Source: Helicobacteraceae bacterium (GTDB taxonomy: Bacteria > Campylobacterota > Campylobacteria > Campylobacterales > Sulfurimonadaceae). Taken from it: a DNA stretch of 64,000 nucleotides. Shown piece after piece: positions 19,431-28,784 of this stretch. Below the pieces are notes generated by a model. It searched no databases. It was not told the origin of the DNA and worked only from the letters and a program-made list of their open reading frames with translations. Location: NCBI GenBank assembly GCA_015488775.1, contig WFNF01000159.1:2988-66987 (forward strand). The letters run 5' to 3'. Made by a program: the position numbers and the translations under genes. How positions within the stretch are numbered: the first letter of the stretch is position 1; the number at the start of each line of letters is the position of its first letter.

Positions 19431-21920
19431 TTATTTTATAGGTGAGTAGTTGTCTATAGAGAAAGAGTGAATTGTAATTTGTGCAAAGCCATCATTTTGA
19501 TTTTGTTTTAAAAATGCGAAGTTAAACTTACCAACATTGCTTTTATCTAAGGTAGTAGCACTTGTTCCTAACCATAAAAAATCACTATCCAAATCTAGTC
19601 TAATAGTCTTTATCTCACCACCGCTTGAAGCTAACGTGGCTTGGTTATGGTTTCCACCATGAACATCAGTTTGTCTAAGCTGTAAAATCGCATCTGTATT
19701 TGATGAGTATGTAATGCTTACATATTTTGAAGCACTTAAATCTACTTTTGGAGTAAAAAATGGATCATCACTCTCATAAGGGTTTATAGGTAGTGACATC
19801 TCAGCGTAAGAGTCAGCTGGAACCTTTGCTTTTAGGGTTGCTACTTTTTTACTATTTAAAAGATATGTTGCATCTATACCTGTACTTGGTTTTATTACAC
19901 TAGCACCAGCACCAGCACCTACAACCCAATATTTGTACTCTGATATACCAGATAAACTTGTGTTTGCATCTGTTACGGTAGTTGTATTATCTGTGTTTGT
20001 GCCACTTGTTGTATCTGTACCAGCATTACTTTGCTCTAACGTGTTATACATAGCATCCATCAACTCACCATTATCTGCATCTATCTCCCAAGAGAAAAGT
20101 CCAGCTAAATTGTTTTGTTTTACATAGTTTGCTTTTGCTTTTACTGCTCTTACATCATCAAAAGAGATAAACTCTTTTTTTGTTTCATTAAATAAAGTAG
20201 CAGCTTGAGCAATCTCATCATACTTATAAACAAAACCGTTTTTACCCTGAACATTTTTAGAGTCAAAATACTTATCTACTATATCTTTATAATCTAAAAT
20301 ACCAGCTTCCCAAGTACCACTTATAGCAGCTGAACCCTTAAGCTCACCAGATATATTTTCAACACCACTCCAGCCACGACCATATTTACTTACACCAACT
20401 GCAAGTTTTTTACTATCTACACCCTGTGCTAACATAGCTTTAACACTTGCATCTATGTTGTAACCCTCGATTGGCTCATTTAAAGTTGGGTAAAGTCCAC
20501 TTTGATGACCTATAGTTGAACTCCAAGCACCATAATAATCATAAGTCATCATGAAGATATAATTAAGATCTTGTGAAGCAATTGAGTAATCAACAGCATC
20601 TATCATACTAGGTGATGTTCCTATAGCTGTTGTAAGTTGATACTCTCTTCCTGTTTCTTCACTTAAAGTATCTAATGCGTCTCTTAAGTCACTCATTAAA
20701 GCACTGTAGTTTGCTTTATCTGCACTTGAACCAAGAGATGGGTTTGCACCTTGTCCACCTGGAAACTCCCAGTCTATATCTAAACCATCAAAGAAATCAT
20801 ACTTCTTTATAAATGCTATAGCTGAGTCAACAAAAACTTTTCTAGTACTTGGAGAAGCTGCTAATTTAAAAAATGGATCAGACATTGTCCACCCACCAAT
20901 AGATGGAAGTATTTTTAAGTTAGGGTACTGCTCTTTTAGCTTTTTTAGTTGTGAAAAGTTACCTTGATAAGGATCGTTATCAGATGTATCAGGGTAAGAT
21001 TTTTCTAAAGAGGCATACTTATCTAGTATAGTTACCTCATAATCTTGCTTATCTTTACACTGAGCTTCTAAAGCAGTTACAGCTGCTCCACTAACAGATT
21101 TATTTTCACCACATATAGCTAAAAATCCATATAAAAGATGTGTAAGTTTTGATGCTGGTATATCTTTAACATGAAAATCTCTACCATAAACACTCCACTC
21201 TACAAAATATGTTGCTTTGATATATTCACTTGATTGGGTGTTTTGGTTTGAATTATCAGATGTACTATCAGTGTTATCTGTACTGTTTGAATTATCTGTT
21301 GTAGTATTAGTGTTATCTGTACTATTTGAATTATCTGTTGTAGTATTAGTATTATCTGTACTGTTTGAGTTATCAGATGTAGTATTAGTGTTATCTGTAC
21401 TGTCTGAATTATCTACTGAGTTATCTGTAGTATTATTTGTATTGTCTACACTATTTGAATCATCAGTTGTATCTTTAGATGTATTGTTTATATCATTATT
21501 TGTAAAGTTTTTAAGTGCATAAGTTAAAATATTATCTGCACATTTATCATCACATTTACTTGGATTATCATATGGCATCTTTTTAACTATATACTCTTTT
21601 AGTAGAGCTCTACTTTTTAAAGATGTTTTATCTCTAAAAAACTTACCTGCCAATTCACTACCCTCACCTTTTATACCATGGCACACTTTACATTGAGTGG
21701 CATAGCTAGTTTTAGCATCCAACTCGTTATAAATACTTTTTTCAGTATTTTTACTATCATCATTATTTTGTGTACTTATATCTATTTTAGTATCGTTTTT
21801 ATCAATACCGATATATATTACACTATTGTTATTATCAAGACCTACAGATGCACTTTGAGTAAATGAGTCTGAACATGAGCTAAACACTAAAACTATTAAA
21901 ACATAAACAAGATTTTTCAT
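19431..21920 (-). CDS. lipoprotein GH18 chitinase with N-terminal cytochrome c-like module, low-complexity linkers and a C-terminal beta-rich (CBM-like) domain
   Basis: Start moved to MKNLVYVLIVLVFSSC (lipobox; aagga RBS before ATG 21920). CKVCHG..KKMPY heme c-type motif. GH18 catalytic signature FDGLDIDWEFPGG plus YDYYGAW and GLFSWEIDAD. Confidence 0.85.
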   Translation of the reverse strand: MKNLVYVLIVLVFSSCSDSFTQSASVGLDNNNSVIYIGIDKNDTKIDISTQNNDDSKNTEKSIYNELDAKTSYATQCKVCHGIKGEGSELAGKFFRDKTSLKSRALLKEYIVKKMPYDNPSKCDDKCADNILTYALKNFTNNDINNTSKDTTDDSNSVDNTNNTTDNSVDNSDSTDNTNTTSDNSNSTDNTNTTTDNSNSTDNTNTTTDNSNSTDNTDSTSDNSNQNTQSSEYIKATYFVEWSVYGRDFHVKDIPASKLTHLLYGFLAICGENKSVSGAAVTALEAQCKDKQDYEVTILDKYASLEKSYPDTSDNDPYQGNFSQLKKLKEQYPNLKILPSIGGWTMSDPFFKLAASPSTRKVFVDSAIAFIKKYDFFDGLDIDWEFPGGQGANPSLGSSADKANYSALMSDLRDALDTLSEETGREYQLTTAIGTSPSMIDAVDYSIASQDLNYIFMMTYDYYGAWSSTIGHQSGLYPTLNEPIEGYNIDASVKAMLAQGVDSKKLAVGVSKYGRGWSGVENISGELKGSAAISGTWEAGILDYKDIVDKYFDSKNVQGKNGFVYKYDEIAQAATLFNETKKEFISFDDVRAVKAKANYVKQNNLAGLFSWEIDADNGELMDAMYNTLEQSNAGTDTTSGTNTDNTTTVTDANTSLSGISEYKYWVVGAGAGASVIKPSTGIDATYLLNSKKVATLKAKVPADSYAEMSLPINPYESDDPFFTPKVDLSASKYVSITYSSNTDAILQLRQTDVHGGNHNQATLASSGGEIKTIRLDLDSDFLWLGTSATTLDKSNVGKFNFAFLKQNQNDGFAQITIHSFSIDNYSPIK
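21245..21440. repeat. 39-nt in-frame tandem repeat (about 4.5 copies) inside the chitinase linker
   Basis: Units at 21273-21311, 21312-21350 and 21351-21389, plus degenerate flanks. They encode (T)DNSNSTDNTNTT repeats. Confidence 0.85.
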
Positions 21921-22274
21921 ACCAATCCTTAGAGGCAAAATTTATACTGAAGTATATACTAGTAAGCAATCTCACTCAATATCATAGTTTTATCATATTT
22001 TCTTATAAGTAAATATTAAGTTAATGATATAATTAATATAATTTAATATTTTAAAATTATAATACATCAATACCACTATTTATTAAACTTTACTTATGGC
22101 AAGAATGGTTTTAACAGATAAAATAAGATTTAAAATAATAATATCTAATATAGACAAAAAATTACTCAGCTTTAAACTTAAAATTTATATAAAGGGCACC
22201 TCTAAAAAAAGTAAAAAGAAACAAGACCCAAATTTTGCTATAATTACAAAAATAAACAATATAGGCAGATAAAT

Positions 22275-23585
22275 TTGAGTAAAAAACTTCACATAGTCTC
22301 TTTAGGCTGTAACAAAAACTTGGTTGACACAGAGGTTATGCTTGGCAGACTTAAAGATTATGAGATTAGTGATGACAATGAGAATGCAGATGTTATCATA
22401 GTAAACACTTGTGGTTTTATAGACGCTGCAAAAGAGGAATCTATAAACACTATCTTAAAACTTCATGATCAAAGAAAAGAGGATTCTACTCTTGTTATGG
22501 CTGGATGTTTAAGTGAGAGATACCAAGAGGAGTTGCAAAAAGAGCTACCAGAGATAGACCTTTTTACAGGTGTTGGTGACTACTCTAAAATAGATGCTTT
22601 GATTGAAAACAAAGAGTCAAGTTTCAGTGATGAAGTTTACCTTATAGATAATGAAGAGAGAGTTGTAACTGGTTCATCTTACCACGCTTACATAAAGATG
22701 AGTGAGGGTTGTAACCAAGCTTGTAGCTTTTGTGCCATACCATCTTTTAAGGGTAAACTAAACTCTCGTTCACTTGAATCTATAGCTAAAGAGGTTGAGG
22801 GCTTAGTTAAAAAAGGGTATTTTGATTTCTCTTTTATCTCTCAGGATTCAAGCTCATTTATGAGAGATGTAAATGTTAAAGATGGGCTTACACTTCTTAT
22901 AGATAGAATAGAGCTAATTGATGGTGTAAAATCAGCAAGAATTTTATATCTTTACCCAAGTACAACATCTATGAAACTTCTAAAAAAGATAGCTAATTCT
23001 AAGATTTTTCATAACTATTTTGATATGCCTATACAACATATAAATGATGATATGTTACGCATCATGAAGCGTGGGTTTGGTGAGGATAAAACTTTAGAGC
23101 AGTTAAACTATATGAAAAGTTTGCCAAATAGCTTTATAAGAACATCTTTTATAGTTGGACATCCTGGTGAAACACAAGAGATGTTTGATCAGATGTGTGA
23201 GCATGTAAAAACTTTTGGTTACGATAGAATAAATGTTTTTGCTTACTCAAATGAGGAGACAACCTCTGCTTACGACATGGAGCAGATAGATCCAGAAATT
23301 ATCGCACAAAGAGCACAAATTTTAGGTGACATCGCAAAAGAGGTTGAGCTTAAATCTCTAAACAATCTACTAAACACACAGATAGAACTTATAGTTGAAA
23401 AACCAAGTGATGAGATAGAGTTTTTACTATCTGCAAAAAAACTTGAATGGTGTGTAGAGATAGATGGTGAGATATATGTAAATGAGCATGAAAATGATAA
23501 AGAGATAGAGTTTAACAAGATATATAAGGCTCGTATAACCCAAATAGCTGGGGATAAAGCCCTAGCTACTATCTTAGAATCATAA
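22275..23585 (+). CDS. rimO: ribosomal protein S12 methylthiotransferase RimO (radical SAM, MiaB family)
   Basis: TTG start. UPF0004 N-terminal domain (LGCNKNLVDTE), radical-SAM CNQACSFCAIP, C-terminal TRAM-like domain. TGcTATAAT-like -10 at about 22236. Confidence 0.85.
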   Translation: MSKKLHIVSLGCNKNLVDTEVMLGRLKDYEISDDNENADVIIVNTCGFIDAAKEESINTILKLHDQRKEDSTLVMAGCLSERYQEELQKELPEIDLFTGVGDYSKIDALIENKESSFSDEVYLIDNEERVVTGSSYHAYIKMSEGCNQACSFCAIPSFKGKLNSRSLESIAKEVEGLVKKGYFDFSFISQDSSSFMRDVNVKDGLTLLIDRIELIDGVKSARILYLYPSTTSMKLLKKIANSKIFHNYFDMPIQHINDDMLRIMKRGFGEDKTLEQLNYMKSLPNSFIRTSFIVGHPGETQEMFDQMCEHVKTFGYDRINVFAYSNEETTSAYDMEQIDPEIIAQRAQILGDIAKEVELKSLNNLLNTQIELIVEKPSDEIEFLLSAKKLEWCVEIDGEIYVNEHENDKEIEFNKIYKARITQIAGDKALATILES

Positions 23586-23588
23586 ACT

Positions 23589-24575
23589 ATGGTAGATTTA
23601 GAGTACTTAAAAAAAGAGAAAGTTCTTTTAGCTTTCTCAAATGGTAGTGACTCTAATGCTCTTTTTCACCTACTAATAAAAAATAATATCAACTTTGATA
23701 TAGTTATAGTTAACTACAACACAAGAGATAACTCCAAACTTGAGCTAGATGATGCCAAAACAAAAGCTTTAAAACATAAACTAAAATGTTTTGACCTAAG
23801 TGTAAAGCTTGAAGATAAAAATTTTGAAGCACAAGCAAGAAAAATAAGATATGACTTTTTTGAAAAAATCATATCTGAAAACTTCTACACTACGCTCTTA
23901 ACAGCTCACCACCTAAACGATAGGTTTGAGTGGTTTTTGATGCAACTAGGTAAAGGTGCTGGAGTTAGTGAGCTACTTGGGTTTGAGCATACTAGCCTTA
24001 AAGATGGCTATAAACTTATAAGACCACTTATAAACACACCTAAAGAGCAGATTACTGCCTACTTAAAAAAACATAATATAAAGCACTTTTTAGACTCATC
24101 AAATACAGATTTAAAGTATAAAAGAAACTCTTTAAGAGTAAACTTTTCTGATCAGTATGTTAAAGAGTTTAGTAGGGGTTTAATAAAAAGTTTTAAGTAC
24201 CTTAATGAGGATAAAAAAGAGTTAATCAAAGATGTAGAAATCAACTATATTAAGGAACTTATCTACTTTAAAAAAAGTTCAAATAGAAGTGATATAGAGC
24301 ATATAGATAAAGAGATAAAAAAGCTTGGTTACATTATATCTACTGATCAAAGAGAGCAACTTAAAAAAAGCTCTTATATACAAGTTGCTAGAAAAATTGA
24401 TGTTCTTATAGATAAAGATTATATTTTTATTTTTCCTAAAACTCAGGCAAATATGGATAAAAATTTTAAAGAGTTATGTAGAATTAAGAAAATTCCATTA
24501 AAACTTAGAGCATTTTTATATGTTAATTTAGATGTAAAAGATAAAATTTTTAGTTTCATTTATACCCATGCTTAG
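23589..24575 (+). CDS. tilS: tRNA(Ile)-lysidine synthase
   Basis: 328 aa. PP-loop variant LAFSNGSDSNAL and TAHHLNDRFEWFLMQL. Confidence 0.75.
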   Translation: MVDLEYLKKEKVLLAFSNGSDSNALFHLLIKNNINFDIVIVNYNTRDNSKLELDDAKTKALKHKLKCFDLSVKLEDKNFEAQARKIRYDFFEKIISENFYTTLLTAHHLNDRFEWFLMQLGKGAGVSELLGFEHTSLKDGYKLIRPLINTPKEQITAYLKKHNIKHFLDSSNTDLKYKRNSLRVNFSDQYVKEFSRGLIKSFKYLNEDKKELIKDVEINYIKELIYFKKSSNRSDIEHIDKEIKKLGYIISTDQREQLKKSSYIQVARKIDVLIDKDYIFIFPKTQANMDKNFKELCRIKKIPLKLRAFLYVNLDVKDKIFSFIYTHA

Positions 24576-24651
24576 GTGAAAGCCCTAAGGTTCTAGCCTT
24601 TTAGAGTATATTTTGGTAAAATAAGAATTATTTATATATAAAAGGTACTTC

Positions 24652-27600
24652 ATGCAAAAAATATTATTTACTCTTTTGATCACAATCCTCTTTACATCAT
24701 GTAACGATACAACTCCTCCAAACTCAACAACACATGCCAAAGAAAAACCAACAAAAGTTGAACCTAAAGATAGTGTTCAAGATGATGGTTCAAGCATAGT
24801 AGATGATATAAGTGACTTTTTTTCTAGTGATGAAGACACTAGTTCATCAGAAGATCAAGGGGGATTTTTTGATGGTGCAATAGAAGCTGTAAGTGACTTT
24901 TTTGCTGATGATCAAAACACAGACTATGTTGAGCCAAGTAATGATCAATCGTGGTATGACTACTTTTTTGGAAGTTCAGAAAATACTCAGGTTATAGATA
25001 ACTCTGCATCTCTACTAAAAGAGCTAAATACAACTGCATTAGAGTATGAAAATGATAAAGATGGTTTTATACTAAAAGGGCTTGATTTAACTGTGGCTTA
25101 TGTTACCAAAGAGTATTTTCCAGATTTTATGGGTGAGTACATTTTAGGTTTAGAGTTTTTAAAAGGTAGTGAACTTGTAAGTAATGAAACATTATATGGC
25201 TACATGAGTGATATATATGATGAAGCATACTCAAGTACTACTGTAAATACTGACTCAAATGCAACAAACACAGATGCTAACACAACAAGTGCAGATACAA
25301 ACAGTACAAACATGGCACCAGCGCTAAATGCAAATGAGACAAGTTTAATACAACGCATAATAGATGAAATTTACAATATGATTTATGAATTTTTATTTGG
25401 TAGTAATGATAATGCTGATGTAAATTTAAGTGATGGAGCTACTTATAAGATAGACCCAAACCAAACTTTTGAATTTACACAAGATGATATAAATGGTAAA
25501 AAATACTATGTTGCAAGTGAGCAATATATGGAGGTTACATTTAGTTCTGATGGTGCAACTGGAAGAGGAGAGATAGGTTTTGGTGTTGGAGCAGACTTTA
25601 CTAGTTATATAAGTGGTGGAAAACTATTTATAGATATGGATGGTGTTTATGAAGTTGAGATGCTTTATAAAGATAAAGATTATTGTACGGTAAATGAGAT
25701 GCTTGATACAAGTAGTGGAGATAAATACCTTGCATTTTTCTTTACAAACGAAGAGACTTACAAAAAAGCTTCAAATGTAAAAGTTGCCAAGTCTTTATGT
25801 TACATCCACTCAAGTGAGTATGAAGAGCCTGTTATAGCAAAAGATGGTGTACTAGAGCCTATAAAAGATGAAAGAGCTGGACATAAGGTTGTAGTTGCAG
25901 ATACCACTTCACAAATAGTTGATCAATTAGTAAGTGGAGTAGATAGACAAGCAGGTGTTATAGATGCTAAATATTTTGGACGCAAACTTAGACATGGTGT
26001 GTTTTCTATATATACTACAAATGAGCAAACCCACACTCTACAAGCTACTGAAAATGAAAAAATATCAAGAGAGTTACTACCTTTAGTAGCTTCAAGTGCT
26101 ATAAATTTACAAAATATTATGGATGGTGCATACAACTTAACTCTTAACTTTCAAGATGATGTAAACAAAGATCTAAACTCAAGCTTTACTGAGATAAACA
26201 GCAGACTTGACGAGTTAGTTACAGCTACTTCTGTTGCTATGGATAGAACAACTAGCAATAATGGCTACCATGGGGTATCTGATACTACAGCGTTTGGAGA
26301 TATAGTTGAGTTTGAAGCATCAAATATAAAATCAACTTGTGGAATATTATTTTTTGCATGTAATAGTGCAGAAGCTGATGTTACTATGACTATATCTAAT
26401 CCTAGTGCAAATAGTAAAAATGCAGATATAAAGTTTCAAACACATATACAAACTGCAATCTTAGGTAATAGTGCTATAAATTTTGATAAGGTTGAATCTG
26501 CACAAACTACCAACTATATAGATGCTTTAGAGTACAAACTAAATGTAAATACCTTTAGCTACAACAAAAACACTGGTTTAATGAAATTTAGTGGAGATGG
26601 TCATATAGGAACTGATGCCACATCTAAACTAAACATCAGTGCATATTCAATAATCGCTGAGTTTAATTATGATACTTTAAAAGTTGGTAATGTAAGTGCA
26701 TTAGTTACTGGTGACATAATAACAAGCTCATTAAGAAAATTTACAGGCTCACTTCTTTTTGATGGGCAAAATAGTGATAACTCAAAAATAGATGGGATAC
26801 TACTAGGTATAAATGGTGAACCTAAGATAACTGGTCTTATTAAAACATCTTTAAATAGTACTGATATATCTACATGGTTAAGTGATAATAACTCTAACTC
26901 AAATGTATCACTAGAGAACATTGGTGATCAAAGTTACTTTATGGAGGTTAATATCTCTAAAGATGTAACAGATATCTCAACAAATATGTTAGTTAAAAGA
27001 GATGACACAAAAGATACTTGGACCTATGTTTTAAAAGACTTAAATGTTAAAGATGACAAGGGTAGTTTAAGTGCATCAAATATCTATTTTGAACAAATTG
27101 GTTCAAGTACTATAGTTGATACTATAGAAAAGATTGCAGTTAGTGGTCTTAGTTTAGATGCTGGTTTAGATTCACTTATAAACCTTGGTTGGGATGTTGC
27201 AAGTGATTTTAATAGCATAGGAATTGAAAACCTTAAAGTTATAATGAAACCAAGCTCTGGTGATGTTATAGTTAAAAGCACAATCCACACAACAAACAGT
27301 GGAGCTACTATGATTGCAGATATGAACTCAACTTATGATTACGCTTCAACTCATCTAAGCTCAAAAGGTGATTTTTCAACAACTGTAAATGTAGTTAATA
27401 ATGTAAACACATACTCAAATAAATTTAGTGTAGATGGAGAGATAAAAGTTGACAACTTATATAACTACAACTACGCACTAGAGTACACAGACGCAGCTCA
27501 ATATATTTTATTTACAAGAGACGATAGCAACTACCAAATGGGCTTTGTTATGAGAGCAGATGGGATAAAAGGTGGAGACTCTTACGGTGTTTTAGCAAAC

Positions 27601-27747
27601 TTCTACATGGATGAGACCTACTCTACATTAAATAGACTAGAGTTAACAGATACAAGTAAAAACCCTCTAGGTCTTTTTGATAAAGCTACAGACCCTCTAC
27701 AAATCAACTACGCAGATGGTGTTAAAGAGTATCTCTACCTTTACTAA
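24652..27747 (+). CDS. very large orphan lipoprotein (1031 aa)
   Basis: Signal peptide and lipobox MQKILFTLLITILFTSC, an acidic Ser/Asp-rich region, an Asn/Thr-rich linker (NTDSNATNTDANTTSADTNSTN), then about 800 aa of beta-rich sequence with no motif I recognise. Confidence 0.6.
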   Translation: MQKILFTLLITILFTSCNDTTPPNSTTHAKEKPTKVEPKDSVQDDGSSIVDDISDFFSSDEDTSSSEDQGGFFDGAIEAVSDFFADDQNTDYVEPSNDQSWYDYFFGSSENTQVIDNSASLLKELNTTALEYENDKDGFILKGLDLTVAYVTKEYFPDFMGEYILGLEFLKGSELVSNETLYGYMSDIYDEAYSSTTVNTDSNATNTDANTTSADTNSTNMAPALNANETSLIQRIIDEIYNMIYEFLFGSNDNADVNLSDGATYKIDPNQTFEFTQDDINGKKYYVASEQYMEVTFSSDGATGRGEIGFGVGADFTSYISGGKLFIDMDGVYEVEMLYKDKDYCTVNEMLDTSSGDKYLAFFFTNEETYKKASNVKVAKSLCYIHSSEYEEPVIAKDGVLEPIKDERAGHKVVVADTTSQIVDQLVSGVDRQAGVIDAKYFGRKLRHGVFSIYTTNEQTHTLQATENEKISRELLPLVASSAINLQNIMDGAYNLTLNFQDDVNKDLNSSFTEINSRLDELVTATSVAMDRTTSNNGYHGVSDTTAFGDIVEFEASNIKSTCGILFFACNSAEADVTMTISNPSANSKNADIKFQTHIQTAILGNSAINFDKVESAQTTNYIDALEYKLNVNTFSYNKNTGLMKFSGDGHIGTDATSKLNISAYSIIAEFNYDTLKVGNVSALVTGDIITSSLRKFTGSLLFDGQNSDNSKIDGILLGINGEPKITGLIKTSLNSTDISTWLSDNNSNSNVSLENIGDQSYFMEVNISKDVTDISTNMLVKRDDTKDTWTYVLKDLNVKDDKGSLSASNIYFEQIGSSTIVDTIEKIAVSGLSLDAGLDSLINLGWDVASDFNSIGIENLKVIMKPSSGDVIVKSTIHTTNSGATMIADMNSTYDYASTHLSSKGDFSTTVNVVNNVNTYSNKFSVDGEIKVDNLYNYNYALEYTDAAQYILFTRDDSNYQMGFVMRADGIKGGDSYGVLANFYMDETYSTLNRLELTDTSKNPLGLFDKATDPLQINYADGVKEYLYLY

Positions 27748-27938
27748 GAACAACTTACTTAAGCATTGAAGCTTAAGTTTGTTTACCATCTTCACATACA
27801 CACACAATATTTTAGATAACAATTTTACATATACGACATTATTTATAATTTTAATTGATATTTTATGGATATTAAACAAATAATTATATTTAAGAGTAAT
27901 AGACTACTGTTATTTTCTATCAATATTTTAAATTGGCA

Positions 27939-27974
27939 TTATTTAGAGAGTGCAAATCTAACTGTGAAACCCAC
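27939..27974 (-). pseudogene. truncated RelE/ParE-like toxin stub
   Basis: aggag RBS followed by GTG 17 nt after the antitoxin stop. It encodes MGFTVRFALSK* only. The in-frame continuation does not look toxin-like. Confidence 0.3.
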
Positions 27975-27992
27975 CTTTTCTCCTATAATCAC

Positions 27993-28168
27993 TTAGTATA
28001 TTTTGACATATTGAAGTAATTTATACTCCTGTATATGGGTAATAACAGCTTCAGATTTGTTTCTTCCTATAATGGCTATCTTACTAAAAACATCTGATGT
28101 AACTTTATCAAGATAACTTCCAAGTGACTTTCTAAGCTCTGTTATACCAACAATCTCATCTTTTGCAT
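27993..28168 (-). pseudogene. Phd/YefM-type antitoxin remnant (frameshifted start)
   Basis: Not in the ORF track. My minus-strand translation is (Y)AKDEIVGITELRKSLGSYLDKVTSDVFSKIAIIGRNKSEAVITHIQEYKLLQYVKIY*. The only nearby ATG (28168-28166) is one base out of frame across an A4 run. Confidence 0.5.
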
Positions 28169-28231
28169 AAGTAACTATATTTAAGCATGTACTATTATAT
28201 ATAAAAAATTATTAATTTTACAAGATAGCTT

Positions 28232-28564
28232 TTACTTAATCCTAAAACCATCTTTTTCTAAAAAAGTTTTTAGTTTCTCTTTTATGTCGCCTTGAAGTTC
28301 AAGATAGCCATCTTTGAAAGAACCACCACAACCTAAACTTTTTTTTGCTTTTTTGAGTAAGGCTTTAGAATCATCAGTACTTATGTAGAAAACACCAGCT
28401 AAGGTTACAACCTTACCTCTTCTTTTCTCTTTTTTAAAGTGTATAAAATGTTTAGATGGCTCTTTTATCTCAGAAGATATAGTTTTTTTACTTTGTGATA
28501 CTACTGCCCAGTCATCATCAAAACTAGCACCTATGTTTAAGTCTAACTTTTTACCTCTAGCCAT
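28232..28564 (-). CDS. yciH: SUI1/YciH-family translation initiation factor-like protein
   Basis: 110 aa. ..KEKRRGKVVTLAGVF.. and LGCGGSFKDGYLELQGD. Confidence 0.8.
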   Translation of the reverse strand: MARGKKLDLNIGASFDDDWAVVSQSKKTISSEIKEPSKHFIHFKKEKRRGKVVTLAGVFYISTDDSKALLKKAKKSLGCGGSFKDGYLELQGDIKEKLKTFLEKDGFRIK

Positions 28565-28781
28565 TTGTTTTACCTATATATTTGAAGCGTGGAACAGATA
28601 TAGCATCTACAGTTACACTCTGTAAAAACATCTCTTTTGGTCTTACCCATAAAGAGAAATCCCCATAAAGTGTTTTATAAAGTACTAAAACCTCTTCGCT
28701 CTCAGAGTGCCTTACTTCATCTATAACTTCATAGAAAGCACCCTTATAATGCTGATACTTTCCAGCTTTTATCTTAGACAT
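28557..28781 (-). CDS. DUF1653-like small protein
   Basis: 74 aa. GKYQHYKGAFYEVI..VLYKTLYGDFSLWVRP pattern. Confidence 0.65.
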   Translation of the reverse strand: MSKIKAGKYQHYKGAFYEVIDEVRHSESEEVLVLYKTLYGDFSLWVRPKEMFLQSVTVDAISVPRFKYIGKTNG

Positions 28782-28784
28782 ACT

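Noticed and set aside
21217-21522. Plus-strand 101-aa ORF with LSVLFELSVVVLV repeats
   Set aside because: It is the reverse-strand reading of the chitinase 39-nt tandem repeats. Its periodicity is inherited from them and does not indicate a separate gene.
27697-27879. 60-aa minus-strand ORF after the large lipoprotein gene
   Set aside because: It is an AT-rich, Ile/Lys/Val low-complexity translation that overlaps the 3' end of the lipoprotein gene. It more likely falls within the decayed tail of the TA remnant or non-coding DNA.
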